Positions 1 through 12,100 are shown, counted from the stretch's first letter. The stretch is DNA of 64,000 bases from an uncultured Acidobacteriota bacterium (GCA_963697835.1 CAVOPG010000007.1:418672-482671); one strand, 5' to 3'. Numbers and translations: made by a program. The notes: generated by a model from the sequence alone, not told the origin.

Positions 1-900
<900 letters not shown>

Positions 901-1019
901 CTATTCGCATGGCGCGGCAGCGTGTGAGGAGCGGGAATTATACTCGCGCGGCGCTCGGACGAAGGGGACGGGGCCGGCGCCCCGATGGAGCGTCGGCCCC
1001 TCTTTGGCGCGCTTCGCCC

Positions 1020-4000
1020 CTAGAAGGACACCCGCACCCCGAACCGGATGTTGCGCTCGCCGACAGCCGTCGTCGCGGTGATGAACCCGAAGGTGCCGGC
1101 ATCGGAGACGTTGTTGCCGGGGTTCGCGAAGTTCGGGTGGTTCAGCACGTTCAGCGCCTCGACGCGGAGCTGCAGCTTGACACTCTTCGGCAACGAGATC
1201 ATGCGGAACAGACCCATGTCGAGGTTCCAGAAGCCCGGCCCGCGGATGCTGTTGCGGGGCGACGTCCCGAACCGCTGCGGCTGGCCGGCGGGGATGTTGA
1301 CGGCCTGGTAGGCACTCCGGTCGAAGTACTGGTACTCGTTCGGGTCGCCCCCGGTCGGCGGCCTGTTCACCTTGTTGTCGGGATAGATCGCCACCGTGTC
1401 CTTGACCAGGTCGGGTACCTGCGCGCTGCCGGCGGCGTTCAGGTTGAACGCCGTGTTCTGGACGATGTAGATCGGCGTGCCGCTCATGATGCTGAGGATG
1501 CCGTTGACCTGCCAGCCTCCAAACACGGCGGCGGTCCAGCCGTCCGTGGCCCAGCGCTGCCCCTTGCCGAGCGGCAGGTCCCAGACCCCGTACGCCTGGA
1601 GGTTGTGGGTCCGGTCGTAGCCGGCGAGGCCCTTGTTGCGCTCCTTCTCCGGCAGGTACTGGATTCTCGGGCCGCCGGCGCCCGCGGCGTTGCCGCCGCC
1701 GTTGTCGGAGTAGTTGGTCGTCTTCGACCAGGTGTACACGAGGCCTCCCTGGGCGCCGGCTCGAGCGGACGCGCAGGTCCGTCTGCAGGCCGTTGTAGAC
1801 CGTGTCCCCGTACGGCTGGACCGAGTTGATGTCGCTGGTGACGTTGGTCAAGCCCGCCAGGTACAGCGCGCGTCCGGCGTTGCCGGTGCCGGGAGCCGCG
1901 GCATTGATGTTGACGAATGCCATCTGCCCGATCGCCCGCGTTCCGACGTAGGCGGCCTGGACGGTCATCCACGACGTCAGCTCACGCTGCACGGTGACGT
2001 TGAAGGAGTCGATGTGCTTCCGGTCCGCGTTCCTTCGGATAGGTGATCGTGCCCGACGCCCGCGGGCAGCAGGATCTTGCCCTGATTGAGGTCAGGGCGC
2101 CGGCGTGGGCGGGACGAGCCCCTGTCGGAAGGTCGTCACCGGGAGGTAGGCGTTGTCGACGCCGTTGAGCCTGACCGGGGCCATGGCCCAGACGAAGTTG
2201 ATGGGGTACGCGTTGCGGAAGTCGATGAAGCCCGTCGGATCCGCCGTCCGGCCGTAGCCCGCACGGAACACCGTCTTGTCGTTCAGGCGATAGATGATGC
2301 CCGGCCCGCGGCAGGAGCTGGCCGCTGCCGGAGCTGGCGTAGGTGTCCTGGGGCACGTCGCCGTAGCCACCGACGTAGACGTATCCGTCCGAGGGGTCGA
2401 AGCGGGAGACGCCCTTGCCGTCGGGCCGGTCGGGAACGGGTAGAGCTCCCAGCGCAGTCCGAGCGAGACGGTGAGGTCGTGCGTGACCTGCCAGGTGTCC
2501 TGGAGGTAGGCCGCCCAGGTCTGCCATGTAGATCGAGTTCGGGTTGAGGAGCTGTTCGACCTTGCCGGCGCTGTTGACGCCCGAGGGCAGTCCCGAGCAG
2601 GAAGGCCGCCCAGGAGTTGAACCTCGCGTCTGCCGGTGCGGAAGCACCCTGCAGCATGGTCGATTGGCCGTTGAACACGAAGGTGCCGCGCACCGTCTGG
2701 AACGCCCCGCCCTGGGGCTGGAAGTGGTTGATCTGCTGGTTCAGGTATTCGCCGCCCAGGCGGAACACGTGCCCGCCGAACACCTTCTGCAGGTTCAGGG
2801 ACGCCGAGTACTGGTTGTCGTCGAACTGGAACGGGTTGCCCGTGTCGTCGTTGCCGAGGTTGCTCCAGCCGCTGATCTGGAAGCTGGGGAGTCCGCCCTG
2901 CATGCGGTCCGGACCGTTGGTCCCCGGGATGTTCATCTTGTCCGGGTCGGAGCCGACGTTCACGTCGATATCGGGGGCCTCGGCACCCAGCTTCTGATGC
3001 GTCCAGCCGAAGTTGGCGTCCAGCACCGTCGTCGGGTTGAAGGTGTAGGTCCCGCCCACGCCCAGGACCTGCGTGCGGCCGACCGCAAGGCCCACCGATC
3101 CGCCGCCGGCAGAGCCTCCGCCGGCCTCTCCCAGGGCGTACGCATCGTCGATGCGGTGCGGCGAGTTGCCGTAGCGGGCGAACATCAGCAGTTTGGAGCT
3201 TGCGGCGTAGTTGACCTTGAAGTCGTAGTTCGTGCGGTTGTACTCGGTCGCGCCCGTGCTGACGACGTTGTTGACGTATCCCGGCTGTGTTGGTGGCCGG
3301 CAGCTTGCTGAGCATGTACAACGCCGCCTGGTCGATCCGACTGGCCGGGATGGTGTTGTTCGGGAAGGGCGTGCGCAGGCTGGGGTCGGGGTTGGACAGG
3401 GGGTCGTAGATGATCGCACCGCCCTGCGCTGGCAACGGGAACACCACGTCCCCGGCGGCATTCGGCCGGAGACTCTCCGGAGCGATGCTCAGCTGCCGGG
3501 AGCCCGCGGCCACCCGCTGCGTGGTCTTCTCGACGTTGCCGAAGAAGAACAGCTTGTCCTTGATGATCGGGCCGCCCAGGTTGCCGCCGTACTGGGCGAC
3601 GATGTTCTTGGGGTTCGTCGGGGTCGTCTGGAAGACGTTGCGCGCCCGGAAGTGGCTGTTCGTGTCGTAGCCCCACGCCGTGCCGTGGAACTTGTTCGTC
3701 CCCGACTTGACGACCACGTTCACCGCCGCGCCAGCCGGCCGTGCCCTGCTCGGCGCTGTAGGAGTTCGTGACGATGCTCACCTCTTCGATCGCCTCGGCC
3801 GAGGGCACGTACGCGGTATTGGTCGGCAGCTAGACGTACTGAACGGGGGAGCCGTCGATCTTGGTCTGGTTCAGCCAGCCCGAGACGCCGTTGGCGCTGA
3901 AGGAGATGGCCCGCTGCGGGCTGCCCGCCGTCGAGTTGGCCTCGCCTTGCCCGTTCTCGGTCCGCATGATCGTCGCGCCTGGAACGACCTGCATCAGGCT

Positions 4001-4479
4001 CTGGTAGTTGCGCCCGAGGCTGCCCGCGAGCGGCAGGTCGTTGACCTGCTGGGCCGTCTGGGTGATGTGGACGTCGGCCCGGTCGGTCTGAAGCGGCGCG
4101 GTCGCGGCCGTGACCTCGACGGTCTCGGTGACGCCCGAGACCTCGAGCCGGGCATCGACGCGCCGGACGGTGTTCGAGTCGATCCGGACGCCCTTCTGCG
4201 CGAGGCGTCTTGAAGCCCGGGGTCTCGAAGCGTCACGTCGTAGACACCGGGCAGGAGGTCGCTGAACAGGTAGACGCCGCGGTCGTTGGTGGTCGTGCTC
4301 TTGGCGACGTTCGTGCCGACGTTCAGTGCCTGGACCTTCACGCCCGCGGCGACGCCGCCGCTCGAATCGGTCACGTTCCCCGTGATCGTCCCGTAGAGGA
4401 CCTGCGCGTATGCCCGCTCGGGTACGGCCATCACCGTCACCATCGCCATCAGCATCAGGGCGACGAGACGCCCCCGCAT
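1020..4479 (-). pseudogene. TonB-dependent receptor (TBDR1) with an N-terminal carboxypeptidase-regulatory-like domain, a plug and a C-terminal beta-barrel. It is broken into at least 7 frame segments.
   Basis: Signal peptide MRGRLVALMLMAMVTVMAVPERAYAQ plus a CarbopepD_reg-like region (ORF 3994-4533). Plug region ...VEVTAATAPLQTDRADVHITQTAQQVNDLPLAGSLGRNYQSLMQ... (ORF 3830-4609). Barrel fragments sit in ORFs 3185-3808, 2092-3723, 2283-3461, 1982-2647 and 901-1992. The C-terminus ...ERNIRFGVRVSF* ends in the aromatic residue typical of outer-membrane barrels (ORF 1020-1739). Confidence 0.75.
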
Positions 4480-4643
4480 CGCGATGGTTGACCTCTCGTA
4501 CCCGGCAACCCGCCTTCTGAAGCGATGAAACATTGCCTTGTCTCCAGTCTCCGATTGCCCCGGTTCCGGGTGCAGCGCCGCGCGCAGACGCGCACCGGAC
4601 CCACCTCACGCCTATATCGTCCCAACGAGGGCCGAATAGGTGC

Positions 4644-4673
4644 CTTATAGTTCTCTTGGAGGCCCTCTGTCAA
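4644..4673 (-). promoter_or_regulatory. Putative sigma70-type promoter for TBDR1 on the minus strand: TTGACA (4673-4668), 18-nt spacer, TATAAG (4649-4644).
   Basis: The minus strand reads CTTGACAgagggcctccaagagaacTATAAG. The identical -35/-10 hexamers and 18-nt spacing recur upstream of the paralogous TBDR2 at 18729-18758. Confidence 0.4.
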
Positions 4674-4761
4674 GGAATGTCACGACGGCCGCTACACGCG
4701 CCCCAGCCACGGCCCCGCGGGAGTGCCCGGGGGGTGGCGAGCAGGGCGAGGGGCTCTCTTG

Positions 4762-4799
4762 CCTGGTTCGACTGGACCTCGAAAAACCCTGGAACCAGG
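4762..4799. promoter_or_regulatory. Perfect 8-bp inverted repeat CCTGGTTC ... GAACCAGG separated by 22 nt, lying between the divergent TBDR1 and ROK promoters. It is a candidate operator.
   Basis: cctggttc at 4762-4769 and gaaccagg at 4792-4799, read directly from the sequence. Confidence 0.25.
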
Positions 4800-4819
4800 G
4801 CAGTTATCCGAGTCTTTTG

Positions 4820-4840
4820 CCCCATTCTGGACCATAATCC
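4820..4840 (+). promoter_or_regulatory. Conserved motif CCCCATTC-N4-GGACCATAATCC upstream of the ROK regulator (a -10-like CATAAT). It recurs at 19091-19116 upstream of the ROK remnant.
   Basis: ccccattc at 4820-4827 and ccataatcc at 4832-4840. The second copy has ccataatcc at 19108-19116, preceded by ccccattcgccccc. Confidence 0.3.
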
Positions 4841-4876
4841 CGTCTGACGAATGGGACGTCTCCTGGCGGTGAGAGT

Positions 4877-6097
4877 GTGACTGCCGTGCGCCGCATGAGC
4901 CCCACCGAGTTCCGGATCGCCCGACGCGGGACGTCGCGCGAGATCAACCGCCAGATCGCCCTCAACCTGGTCCGGGCCAGGCAGCCGATCTCCCGCGCCG
5001 ATCTCGCCCGCCTGATGGGCGTGCGCCGGGGCGCCATCAGCCGCCTGATCGACGAGCTGCTGAGCGCGGGGCTGGTCTTCGAGGGCTCGAAGGGCGAGAG
5101 CCGTCGTGGAAGGAAGCCCACCCACCTGCACATCGAGACCCGTCGCCGTTGCGTGGCGGCCGTGGACGTCAGTGCCAGCCGCACGTTCGTGCTGATCACG
5201 GACCTGCTCGGGCATCCGCTGCTGGACGTGACCGAGTTCCTGACCCCCCGCGAGCCCCAGCCGCTCGCGAAGGACCTGGCCCGGGCGATCTCTCACCTCC
5301 TGGCCAGCCATCCGGAGGTCGGCGAGTGCGTCGGCATCGGGGTGGCGGTGTCGGGGCTGGTGGATGGCGCGGGGCGCCTCAAGTTCTCCCCCACCCTCGG
5401 TTGGCACGACGTGGACCTCCTCGAGCCGCTCAAGGCGGCCACCAGGCTCCCGGTCGTGGTCGAGAACTCGACGAAGGCCTGCGTGCTCGGACAGGTGTGG
5501 GCGGTGCGGGGCGATACGCCCGTCGACGGGCCTGTCGCGTTCGTGAACGTGTCCGACGGGGTCGGGGTCGGGATCGCGGTCGACGGAAAGCTCCTCCGGG
5601 GTGCCCACAACGTCGCCGGCGAGTTCGGGCACGTGCCGCTCAACATGTACGGGCCCCGCTGCTCGTGCGGGCAGCGGGGGTGCTGGGAGGCCTACGCCTC
5701 GAAGCGGGCGACGATCGCCCGTTACCGTGGCACGGATCCCTCCTGGCCCGAGTCGCTCGACACCGGGTCCGTGACGATCGAGGAGGTCATGGCGCGGGCG
5801 CGGGCCGACGAGGGGCGGGCGCTGGAGGCGCTCCGGGAGACCGGCTACTACCTCGGCCGCGGCTTCGCCACCATCGTCAAGACGATCGACCCGAGGCGGA
5901 TCTACGTCGGAGGCGAGATCACGGTGGTGTGGGACCTCATCGTTGCGACCGTCCGAGACGCGCTGCGCGAGGACGCGGTCATCCGCGAGGCGGGCGAGAC
6001 GGAGATCCTGACCGTCGCCCTCGGGGAGTACCCCCGGCTGCGTGGCGCCGCCGCGCTCATCCACACCCCCGCCTTCGCCGCCGCCGACGTCTCGTGA
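4877..6097 (+). CDS. ROK-family transcriptional regulator (NagC/XylR-like), 406 aa, intact.
   Basis: The N-terminal HTH region reads TSREINRQIALNLVRARQPISRADLARLMGVRRGAISRLIDEL. A sugar-kinase-like ROK fold follows, with the CxCGxxGCxE zinc motif (CSCGQRGCWEAY). The ORF is clean and complete. Confidence 0.85.
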   Translation: MTAVRRMSPTEFRIARRGTSREINRQIALNLVRARQPISRADLARLMGVRRGAISRLIDELLSAGLVFEGSKGESRRGRKPTHLHIETRRRCVAAVDVSASRTFVLITDLLGHPLLDVTEFLTPREPQPLAKDLARAISHLLASHPEVGECVGIGVAVSGLVDGAGRLKFSPTLGWHDVDLLEPLKAATRLPVVVENSTKACVLGQVWAVRGDTPVDGPVAFVNVSDGVGVGIAVDGKLLRGAHNVAGEFGHVPLNMYGPRCSCGQRGCWEAYASKRATIARYRGTDPSWPESLDTGSVTIEEVMARARADEGRALEALRETGYYLGRGFATIVKTIDPRRIYVGGEITVVWDLIVATVRDALREDAVIREAGETEILTVALGEYPRLRGAAALIHTPAFAAADVS

Positions 6098-6100
6098 CCC

Positions 6101-9100
6101 CTATCGGAACTGCCGCCTGAGCTCCAGAGCCTGGGGCTGAGTGGGGTTCCGCTGCAGGAGGCGTTCGATCGTCTCCAGCCCTTCGCGTCGGCGATCCGCG
6201 GCCAGGTAGATCTTCGCCAGCGTGACGTACGTGCTCTCGGACGCCGGGTTCTTCTCGAGGAACCCCTGCAGGAGGCGGATCGCGTCGTCGGTCTGGCCGC
6301 GGTCGACGAGGACGAGGGCGAGGTTGTTCGCGGCCTCGCCGTAGCCCGGCGCGCTTCTGCAGGGCCTTCCGGAAGTAGGGCTCCGCGCCGGTCCAGCTCG
6401 CCCTGCCGCCCCAGGATGAGGCCGAGGTTGTTCAGCGCCTCGGGGAAGTCGGGCTGGAGCTTCAGGGCCCTCTCGTAGCAGCTCCCGGGCCTCCGCCTCG
6501 CCGGCCCGTCAGGAGCAGGGCGTAGCCCAGGTTGTTGAGGGCGTCGGGGTAGTCGGGCGTGGCAGCGAGGGCGGCCCGGAAACGCTCGATCGCCGCCGGG
6601 AGGTCGCCGCTCTCCGCCAGGAGCGTGCCGAGGTCGTTGCTGGCCTCGGACAGGTCGGGCTGCAGGGCCAGCGCCCGCTCGTAGGCGGCCTTCGCCTTGG
6701 CCGCCTGGCCGGTCTTCACGAGCAGGCTCCCCAGGCGGTAGAGGATCGACGCGCTCGGGCTTCCCTGCGCCGCCTGCTCGAACGCGACGACCGCCTGCGC
6801 TTCGAGTCCCTGGTCGAGCAGCTCGCGGCCGTAGGGGATGTAGTTACGGTGGGGGGGTGGCGACTCGAACGTCCCGCCGAAGGGCAGGGCACGCGCGAGC
6901 CGCTCGTCGGGGGAGGCCTCGATCGCCGCCGCGTCCCGGAGGATCGACGGGACGTCCACGTCCTCTCGGTACACCTTCACCACCCGGCCTTCGGCGTCGA
7001 GCAGAAAGACCGTCGGCAGGGTCAACGGCTGCCGCGTCAGGAAGAGGTGCCGGTTGAGGATCGCGAAGCCGAGAGCAGCCTCCTCGCTGGCGAGGGCGAC
7101 GGGCAGGGCGCTCGCCGCCCGAGCGGCCGCCCGGACCTTCGCCTGGTCGGCGGGGCCGTCGAGCGAGATCGCCAGCGACCCCACGCCGGCCTGGGCGAGC
7201 GCGGCCGCGCCACGCGCGAGGCCCAGGAGCGCCGCCTGTGATCCGCTCGCCTGTGCCGACCAGAACAGCAGCACCGCCGGCCGCCCGCGCAGGGCGGAGA
7301 GCGGGCGCTCGCGTCCCTCGAGGTCCTGCAGCGGGACGTCGGGCACGGGGAAGGGCTCGAAGAGCCAGCTCGCCCGAGGCGGGGCCTGCCGCCGGGGGGC
7401 GGCCGCGTCCGCCGGCAGCGGCGGCGCGGAGGTGTACGGCTCGACGACCGGAGCGCCGCCCTCCTCGATCCGGACTCGGTGGTCGAGCGGCACCTCCGTG
7501 AACTCCTGCCGGCGGCCGCTCGGCCAATCGACCGTCAGCCGGTCCACCCGCCGGCTCGGTCCCAGCCCGAAGAGCAGCTCCCTCGAGTGCTGCGAGAGGA
7601 AGCCCGAGTTGGCGTTCACCACCTTCGTCCGGCGCAGCCGGTCGGTCTCCACGGTGACGCGCGCGCCGATCGCGTCGCGGCTGCTCGCGAGGCGGCCCGC
7701 CGCGGACTCGAACGGCCGGTCCGGGGCGCCGACCAGGCGCACCGCCAGCGTCGCGCCGCGAGGTGCTACGTCGTTGCGGAAGAGGCGCAGCTGGGGCGCC
7801 GCGCGGGGGGAGAAGGTGAGGATGTCCGGGTCGCCGTCGTGATCGAAGTCGAGGACGGAGAAGGCTCGGCCGTCCTCGTCGAGGTCGAGGCCCAGGGCAC
7901 CGGAGACGTCGTCGAAGCCGCCCCGGCCGTCGTTGCGCAGGAACACGTGGCGCTGGTGCCCGGCGACCGAGCGGTCGGCCATCAGCCAGTTGAGCGCACG
8001 CCAGGCGTCGTCGTACGGGGTGCCCGCCGCCTGGGTGAGCGGCGACCGCGCCACCACACCGCCCCAGAACAGCGGGTCGAGGTCGAGGTCGCTCCCCTCG
8101 CGGGTGACCATGCCGTTCACGCAGTAGACGTCCTCCCAGCCGTCGCTGTCGAAGTCGAGGGCACCCGAGGACCAGGTCCAGCGGCCCATCTCGGCGCGGG
8201 CCGCCACGGAGACGTCCTCGAAGGTGCCGTCGCCGCGGTTGCGGAAGAGCGAGTTGCCCCGCGCGTGGTGATGGTAGAGCGCCCGTACCCGCTCCGGCGC
8301 GTCGCGCATGAAGTCGGGGCTCGCCGTCACCCGCAAGCCGTTGTCGCTCCACATCTGCCCGCCGTAGATGTCGGGCCGGCCGTCGCCGTCGAAGTCGAAC
8401 CAGAAGACGCTCATGCCGGCCGCGTAGTCCTCGACGCCGGCCCGGGCGGAGACGTCCTCGAAGCGCACCTTCCCGTCCCGCAGACCCAGGTTGTGGTACA
8501 GGTTCTTGCGCCCGAAGTCGTTGGTGACGACCAGGTCGGGCCACCCGTCCCCGTCGTAGTCGCCCCAGGCGGCCGAGAAGCTGAAGCGGTCGTTGCCCGC
8601 GTCCAGGCCCACCTCGTCGGTCACCTCGACGAACCGCCCGTGGCCGTCGTTGCGGAAGAAGACGTTGGGCGGGCCGTTGACCGCGTCGTAGTAGGGCGTG
8701 GGCGTGCCCGCCTTCTTCTCGCCGGCGCCGTAGGTGTAGGAGTAGACGCACAGGTACAGGTCGAGGAACCCGTCGCGGTCGTAGTCGCCGATCGCCATCC
8801 CCATGGCCGCACCCTGCAGGGGGCGGGCGAAGCGGAAGGCGTCCGGGTCCCGGGTGAAGTGGCCGGTCCCGTCGTTGCGGAAGAGGATCGGACCCGAGCT
8901 GGGCAAGAGCACCAGGTCCTGGTCGCCGTCGTTGTCGACGTCGGCGAAGAGCGCGTGCTGCGTGTCCTCCAGGATGCCGAGCCCGGAGCGCTCCGTCACG
9001 TCCTCGAAGGTGCCGTCGCCGCGGGCCCGGTACAGCCGGTTGGGAAACCCGTGCGGCTGGCAGACGTACACGTCCTCCAGCCCGTCCCCGTCGACGTCGG

Positions 9101-9944
9101 CGACCGCGACGCCGTGGTGGCCGTTCGAGTCGCGGGCGAGCGCCGAATCGAGCGTCGTCCCCCAGTCGTCGAGGCTGACACTGAGCTGCCGTCGGAACGA
9201 GTCGATCGCGCCGAAGGCGGCCGTCGTCACGTCGGTGAAGATGGGTACCGAAGCGCTGCTGCGGGTGTCGCTCAGGGCCGTCCACTCGACGACGCGCCAG
9301 CCGGACGGTCCCTTCTGCCAGCGCATCTGCCACCGGCCGACGCGCTGGACGCGGTGGGCCGCGCGGCCGGGACCCACCAGGTCGTAGCGCACCTCGGCGC
9401 TGGCCGCACCCCGCTCCCGATCCACGGTGAGAGCGGTGATCAGGAACTCGGCGGTGGTGACCTGGCGGAACTCCCGAAGCAGCCCCGCGAGCTCCGGCGC
9501 GAACGCCCGCGCGTCGAGGACCGGCTCCGGCGCCATCACCCGCGCTCGGACGACCTGGAGCGCCGGCGTGCCGGCGACGGCCTCCTCCTCCCGCGGGAGC
9601 AGGCGGCCACCGTGGAAGCCGCTGTCGAGCAGGGCAGAGGCGGCGCGTGCCGGGTCGGCGCCCTGTCGGAGCCGCGTGCTCAGCTCCGAGAGCCGCGCGA
9701 TCAGCTCCCCGGCCACGCGCTCGTCCGGGAACAGGTCGCTGTCGCGCGCGGCCTCGCGCAGGAAGGACTGCAGCGACTCCGACATCGCGAGCGACGTCCT
9801 GTAGACGAACGGCTGCCCAGGCGACCGCGGAGGCTCCACCCGGCCCCGAGGCGACGCCGCGCCTCCCGCAGCTTGCAGCAGCAGGGCCGGCAGCAGCGCG
9901 AGCCCTGCGAGCAGGGCTCGACGAGCGCCGCCGCCAGCGCCCAT
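6101..9944 (-). CDS. Large secreted multidomain protein. It has a signal peptide, FG-GAP/VCBS repeats and an ASPIC/UnbV (CRTAC1-like) region, then a TlpA-like thioredoxin-fold domain lacking the CXXC cysteines, then C-terminal TPR repeats. At least 3 frameshifts lie in the last roughly 350 nt (6320-6480).
   Basis: ORF 6462-10217 (minus) from M92: MGAGGGARRALLAGLALLPALLLQAAGG..., with repeated DxDGDGxxD FG-GAP motifs and an ...ANSGFLSQHSRELLFGLG UnbV_ASPIC-like C-terminal motif. The Trx-like stretch LLFWSAQASGSQAAL...PTVFLLDAEGRVVKVYRE follows, then TPR repeats. The TPR reading continues past the apparent stop at 6462 in shifted frames (..AEEARELYERALKLQPDFPEALNNLGL.. ..APGYGEAANNLALVLVDRGQTDDAIRLLQGFLEKNP...ALELRRQFR*) to a TAG at 6101-6103. 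Confidence 0.7.
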
Positions 9945-9945
9945 C

Positions 9946-12099
9946 CTACGGCCCGACACGGTGCGCGTCGTCCAGGCCGAGGGTGACGTAGCGATCGGGA
10001 GCGATGCCGGTCCAACGCCAGGTGGCGGGGCCGAGCCGCACTTCCACGGTGACCGGCGCGGCCGATGGACCGAGTCCGAACAGCGCGCGCAGGTCGTTCT
10101 GCGACAGGTAGCCGCCCCCCGAGCGGACCTCGCGGACCTGTCGGCGGCCGCCGCCCACGACGGTGACCCGCGCGCCGATGGCGAAGCGGTTGCCGCTCCG
10201 CTTGCGCAGATCGACACCCAGCCAGTGGTTGCCGGTCCGCTGCGTGTTCTCGAGCAGGGTGGGCGGCTCGTCCATCGCGGTCACCACCAGGTCGGGATCG
10301 CCGTCGTTGTCGAGGTCGCCGACCGCGACCGCGCGGCTGCACTTCTGCACCGCGAGCCCGCGCCCGGCCGTGGCCGACACGTCGCGGAAGCGCCCCTCCT
10401 CGTTCCGGAGGATCTGGTTCCTCTGCGCGTAGGTCTCCTGGAGCTCGGGGTGCTCGTCGACCTGGGGGAAGAGGTGGCCGTGCGCGTAGAAGAGGTCGAG
10501 GGCGCCGTCGAGGTCGGCGTCCAGGAACGCCGGCCCCCAGCTCATGGCCTTGAAGGAGGCGGCGGCGATCCCGGCCGCCTGCGACACGTCCTCGAACGTG
10601 CCGTCGCCGAGGTTCCGGTACAGGCTGTTGTGGTCGAAGGCGAAGGTGGCGACCGTGATGTCGAGCCGGCCGTCGCCGTCGTAGTCGCCGGAGTCGGCGC
10701 CCATCCCGGCCTGGGCCCGGCCGTCGCCGTTCAGGGCGACGCCGGCCATCAGCCCCGCGCTCTCGAAGCCGTGGCCGCCGTGGTTGTGGTAGAGGAAGTT
10801 GGGGTTGGAGTCGTTGGCCACGAAGATGTCCGGCCACCCGTCGCCGTCGTAGTCGGTGGCCACCACTCCGAAGCCGTAGGCCTTCGTCGTGTCGGTGAGG
10901 CCGAACTTCTCCGTCGCCTCCTTGAGCGTGCCGTCTCCCTGGTTCTCGAAGAAGAGGTCGGCGGCCCCGGGCAGCCCCGCCGGGCCCAGCATGACCTTGG
11001 CGACGCTCCTCCACAGCAGGAACTTGTCGGGGGCCGCGACCTCCTCCCAGGGGGCGGTGACGTAGCGGGCCACGTACAGGTCCAGGTCGCCGTCCCCGTC
11101 CGCGTCGAGGAAGGCGCAGCCGGTGCTCCAGCCCTCGGCCGCGACACCGGCCTTCGCGGCTACTTCCTCGAACGTGCCGTCCCCCTTGTTCCGGAACAGG
11201 AAGTTGGGGCCGTAGTTGGTGACGTAGAGGTCGAGCTTCCCGTCTCCGTCGTAGTCCCCGGCGCACACGCCGTAGCCCCAGGCCGCCGCGTCCACGCCGG
11301 CCTCGGCGGCCACGTTCTTGAACTTCATCCCGCCCAGGTTGCGGTAGAGGGCGTTGCGGTGCGGGATGCGGGCGCGCCCGTTCCTCTCGTCCAGCTCGAA
11401 GCCGCTCACCGTGTAGATGTCGAGGAGGCCGTCGCCGTCGTAGTCGAGGAGGGCGACGCCGTTCCCCCCGGACTCGACGAGGTGCCACTTGGAGGGACCG
11501 CCCCCGAAGGTCGGCTCGGTCAGCTGACCCCGCACCACGTCGAAGCGCACCGCGTGGTCCCGGTCGGGCCCGGTGGTGGCCGCGGGCGCCTCCGCCGGCG
11601 GCGGTCCCATGGCCGTGGCGTGGCCGCCGTAGGCCGGCTCCTCCGGCGCGCCCGGCTTGCTCCTGGAGAAGCTGCCTTCGAACACCAGCTTCACGTCGGT
11701 GCCCCCGCGCAGCCGGTAGCCCACGCGATCGAGCACGGCGAGGTCCGCGTCCGGTGAGTACCCCTGCGGTCCGCCTTCGGCCCGCGTCTTGAGCCCCGCG
11801 GCCGTGCGCCGAAGCGAATCGCGCTCGGAAGCGGGCAGCCATGGCGCGGCCTCGATCAAGGCCTCGATCCTCCGGGCCGCTTCCCCGAGGGCGCGTGCAA
11901 AGGCAGCGGCGTCCCCGGCGGCCCCGGCCTTGGCGCCGTCGCGCAGCCGCTCGACCGCCTCCTTCTGGATCTGGATCGCCCGGTCCCGATCGGCGTCGGA
12001 GGGCGCGTCCGTCCGGGCGGCGGCGGCCCAGAGGCAGGCCGGCAGGAGCAGCAGGGCGATCCAGGGCATGCGGCGGCAGTCCCGGCCCGTGTCCGTCAT
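9946..12099 (-). CDS. ASPIC/UnbV FG-GAP repeat protein (CRTAC1 family), 717 aa, secreted, intact.
   Basis: Signal peptide MPWIALLLLPACLWAAAA. Multiple FG-GAP/VCBS motifs (LLDYDGDGLLDIYTVSG; GDYDGDGKLDLYVTNYGPN; TDYDGDGWPDIFVANDSNPNFLYHN; GDYDGDGRLDITVATF; GDLDNDGDPDLVVT) are followed by a C-terminal UnbV_ASPIC-like region (..YLSQNDLRALFGLG..). Confidence 0.85.
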   Translation of the reverse strand: MTDTGRDCRRMPWIALLLLPACLWAAAARTDAPSDADRDRAIQIQKEAVERLRDGAKAGAAGDAAAFARALGEAARRIEALIEAAPWLPASERDSLRRTAAGLKTRAEGGPQGYSPDADLAVLDRVGYRLRGGTDVKLVFEGSFSRSKPGAPEEPAYGGHATAMGPPPAEAPAATTGPDRDHAVRFDVVRGQLTEPTFGGGPSKWHLVESGGNGVALLDYDGDGLLDIYTVSGFELDERNGRARIPHRNALYRNLGGMKFKNVAAEAGVDAAAWGYGVCAGDYDGDGKLDLYVTNYGPNFLFRNKGDGTFEEVAAKAGVAAEGWSTGCAFLDADGDGDLDLYVARYVTAPWEEVAAPDKFLLWRSVAKVMLGPAGLPGAADLFFENQGDGTLKEATEKFGLTDTTKAYGFGVVATDYDGDGWPDIFVANDSNPNFLYHNHGGHGFESAGLMAGVALNGDGRAQAGMGADSGDYDGDGRLDITVATFAFDHNSLYRNLGDGTFEDVSQAAGIAAASFKAMSWGPAFLDADLDGALDLFYAHGHLFPQVDEHPELQETYAQRNQILRNEEGRFRDVSATAGRGLAVQKCSRAVAVGDLDNDGDPDLVVTAMDEPPTLLENTQRTGNHWLGVDLRKRSGNRFAIGARVTVVGGGRRQVREVRSGGGYLSQNDLRALFGLGPSAAPVTVEVRLGPATWRWTGIAPDRYVTLGLDDAHRVGP

Positions 12100-12100
12100 C

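Noticed and set aside
6844-11842. Overlapping long ORFs 6844-9333(-), 7479-9986(+), 9701-11842(-) and 9961-11757(+)
   Set aside because: These are alternative frames over the two FG-GAP/ASPIC genes. Their translations are dominated by R/G/P/A runs (RRRRGR..., PRPRRP...) with no domain signatures. The in-frame products, by contrast, have clear FG-GAP motifs.
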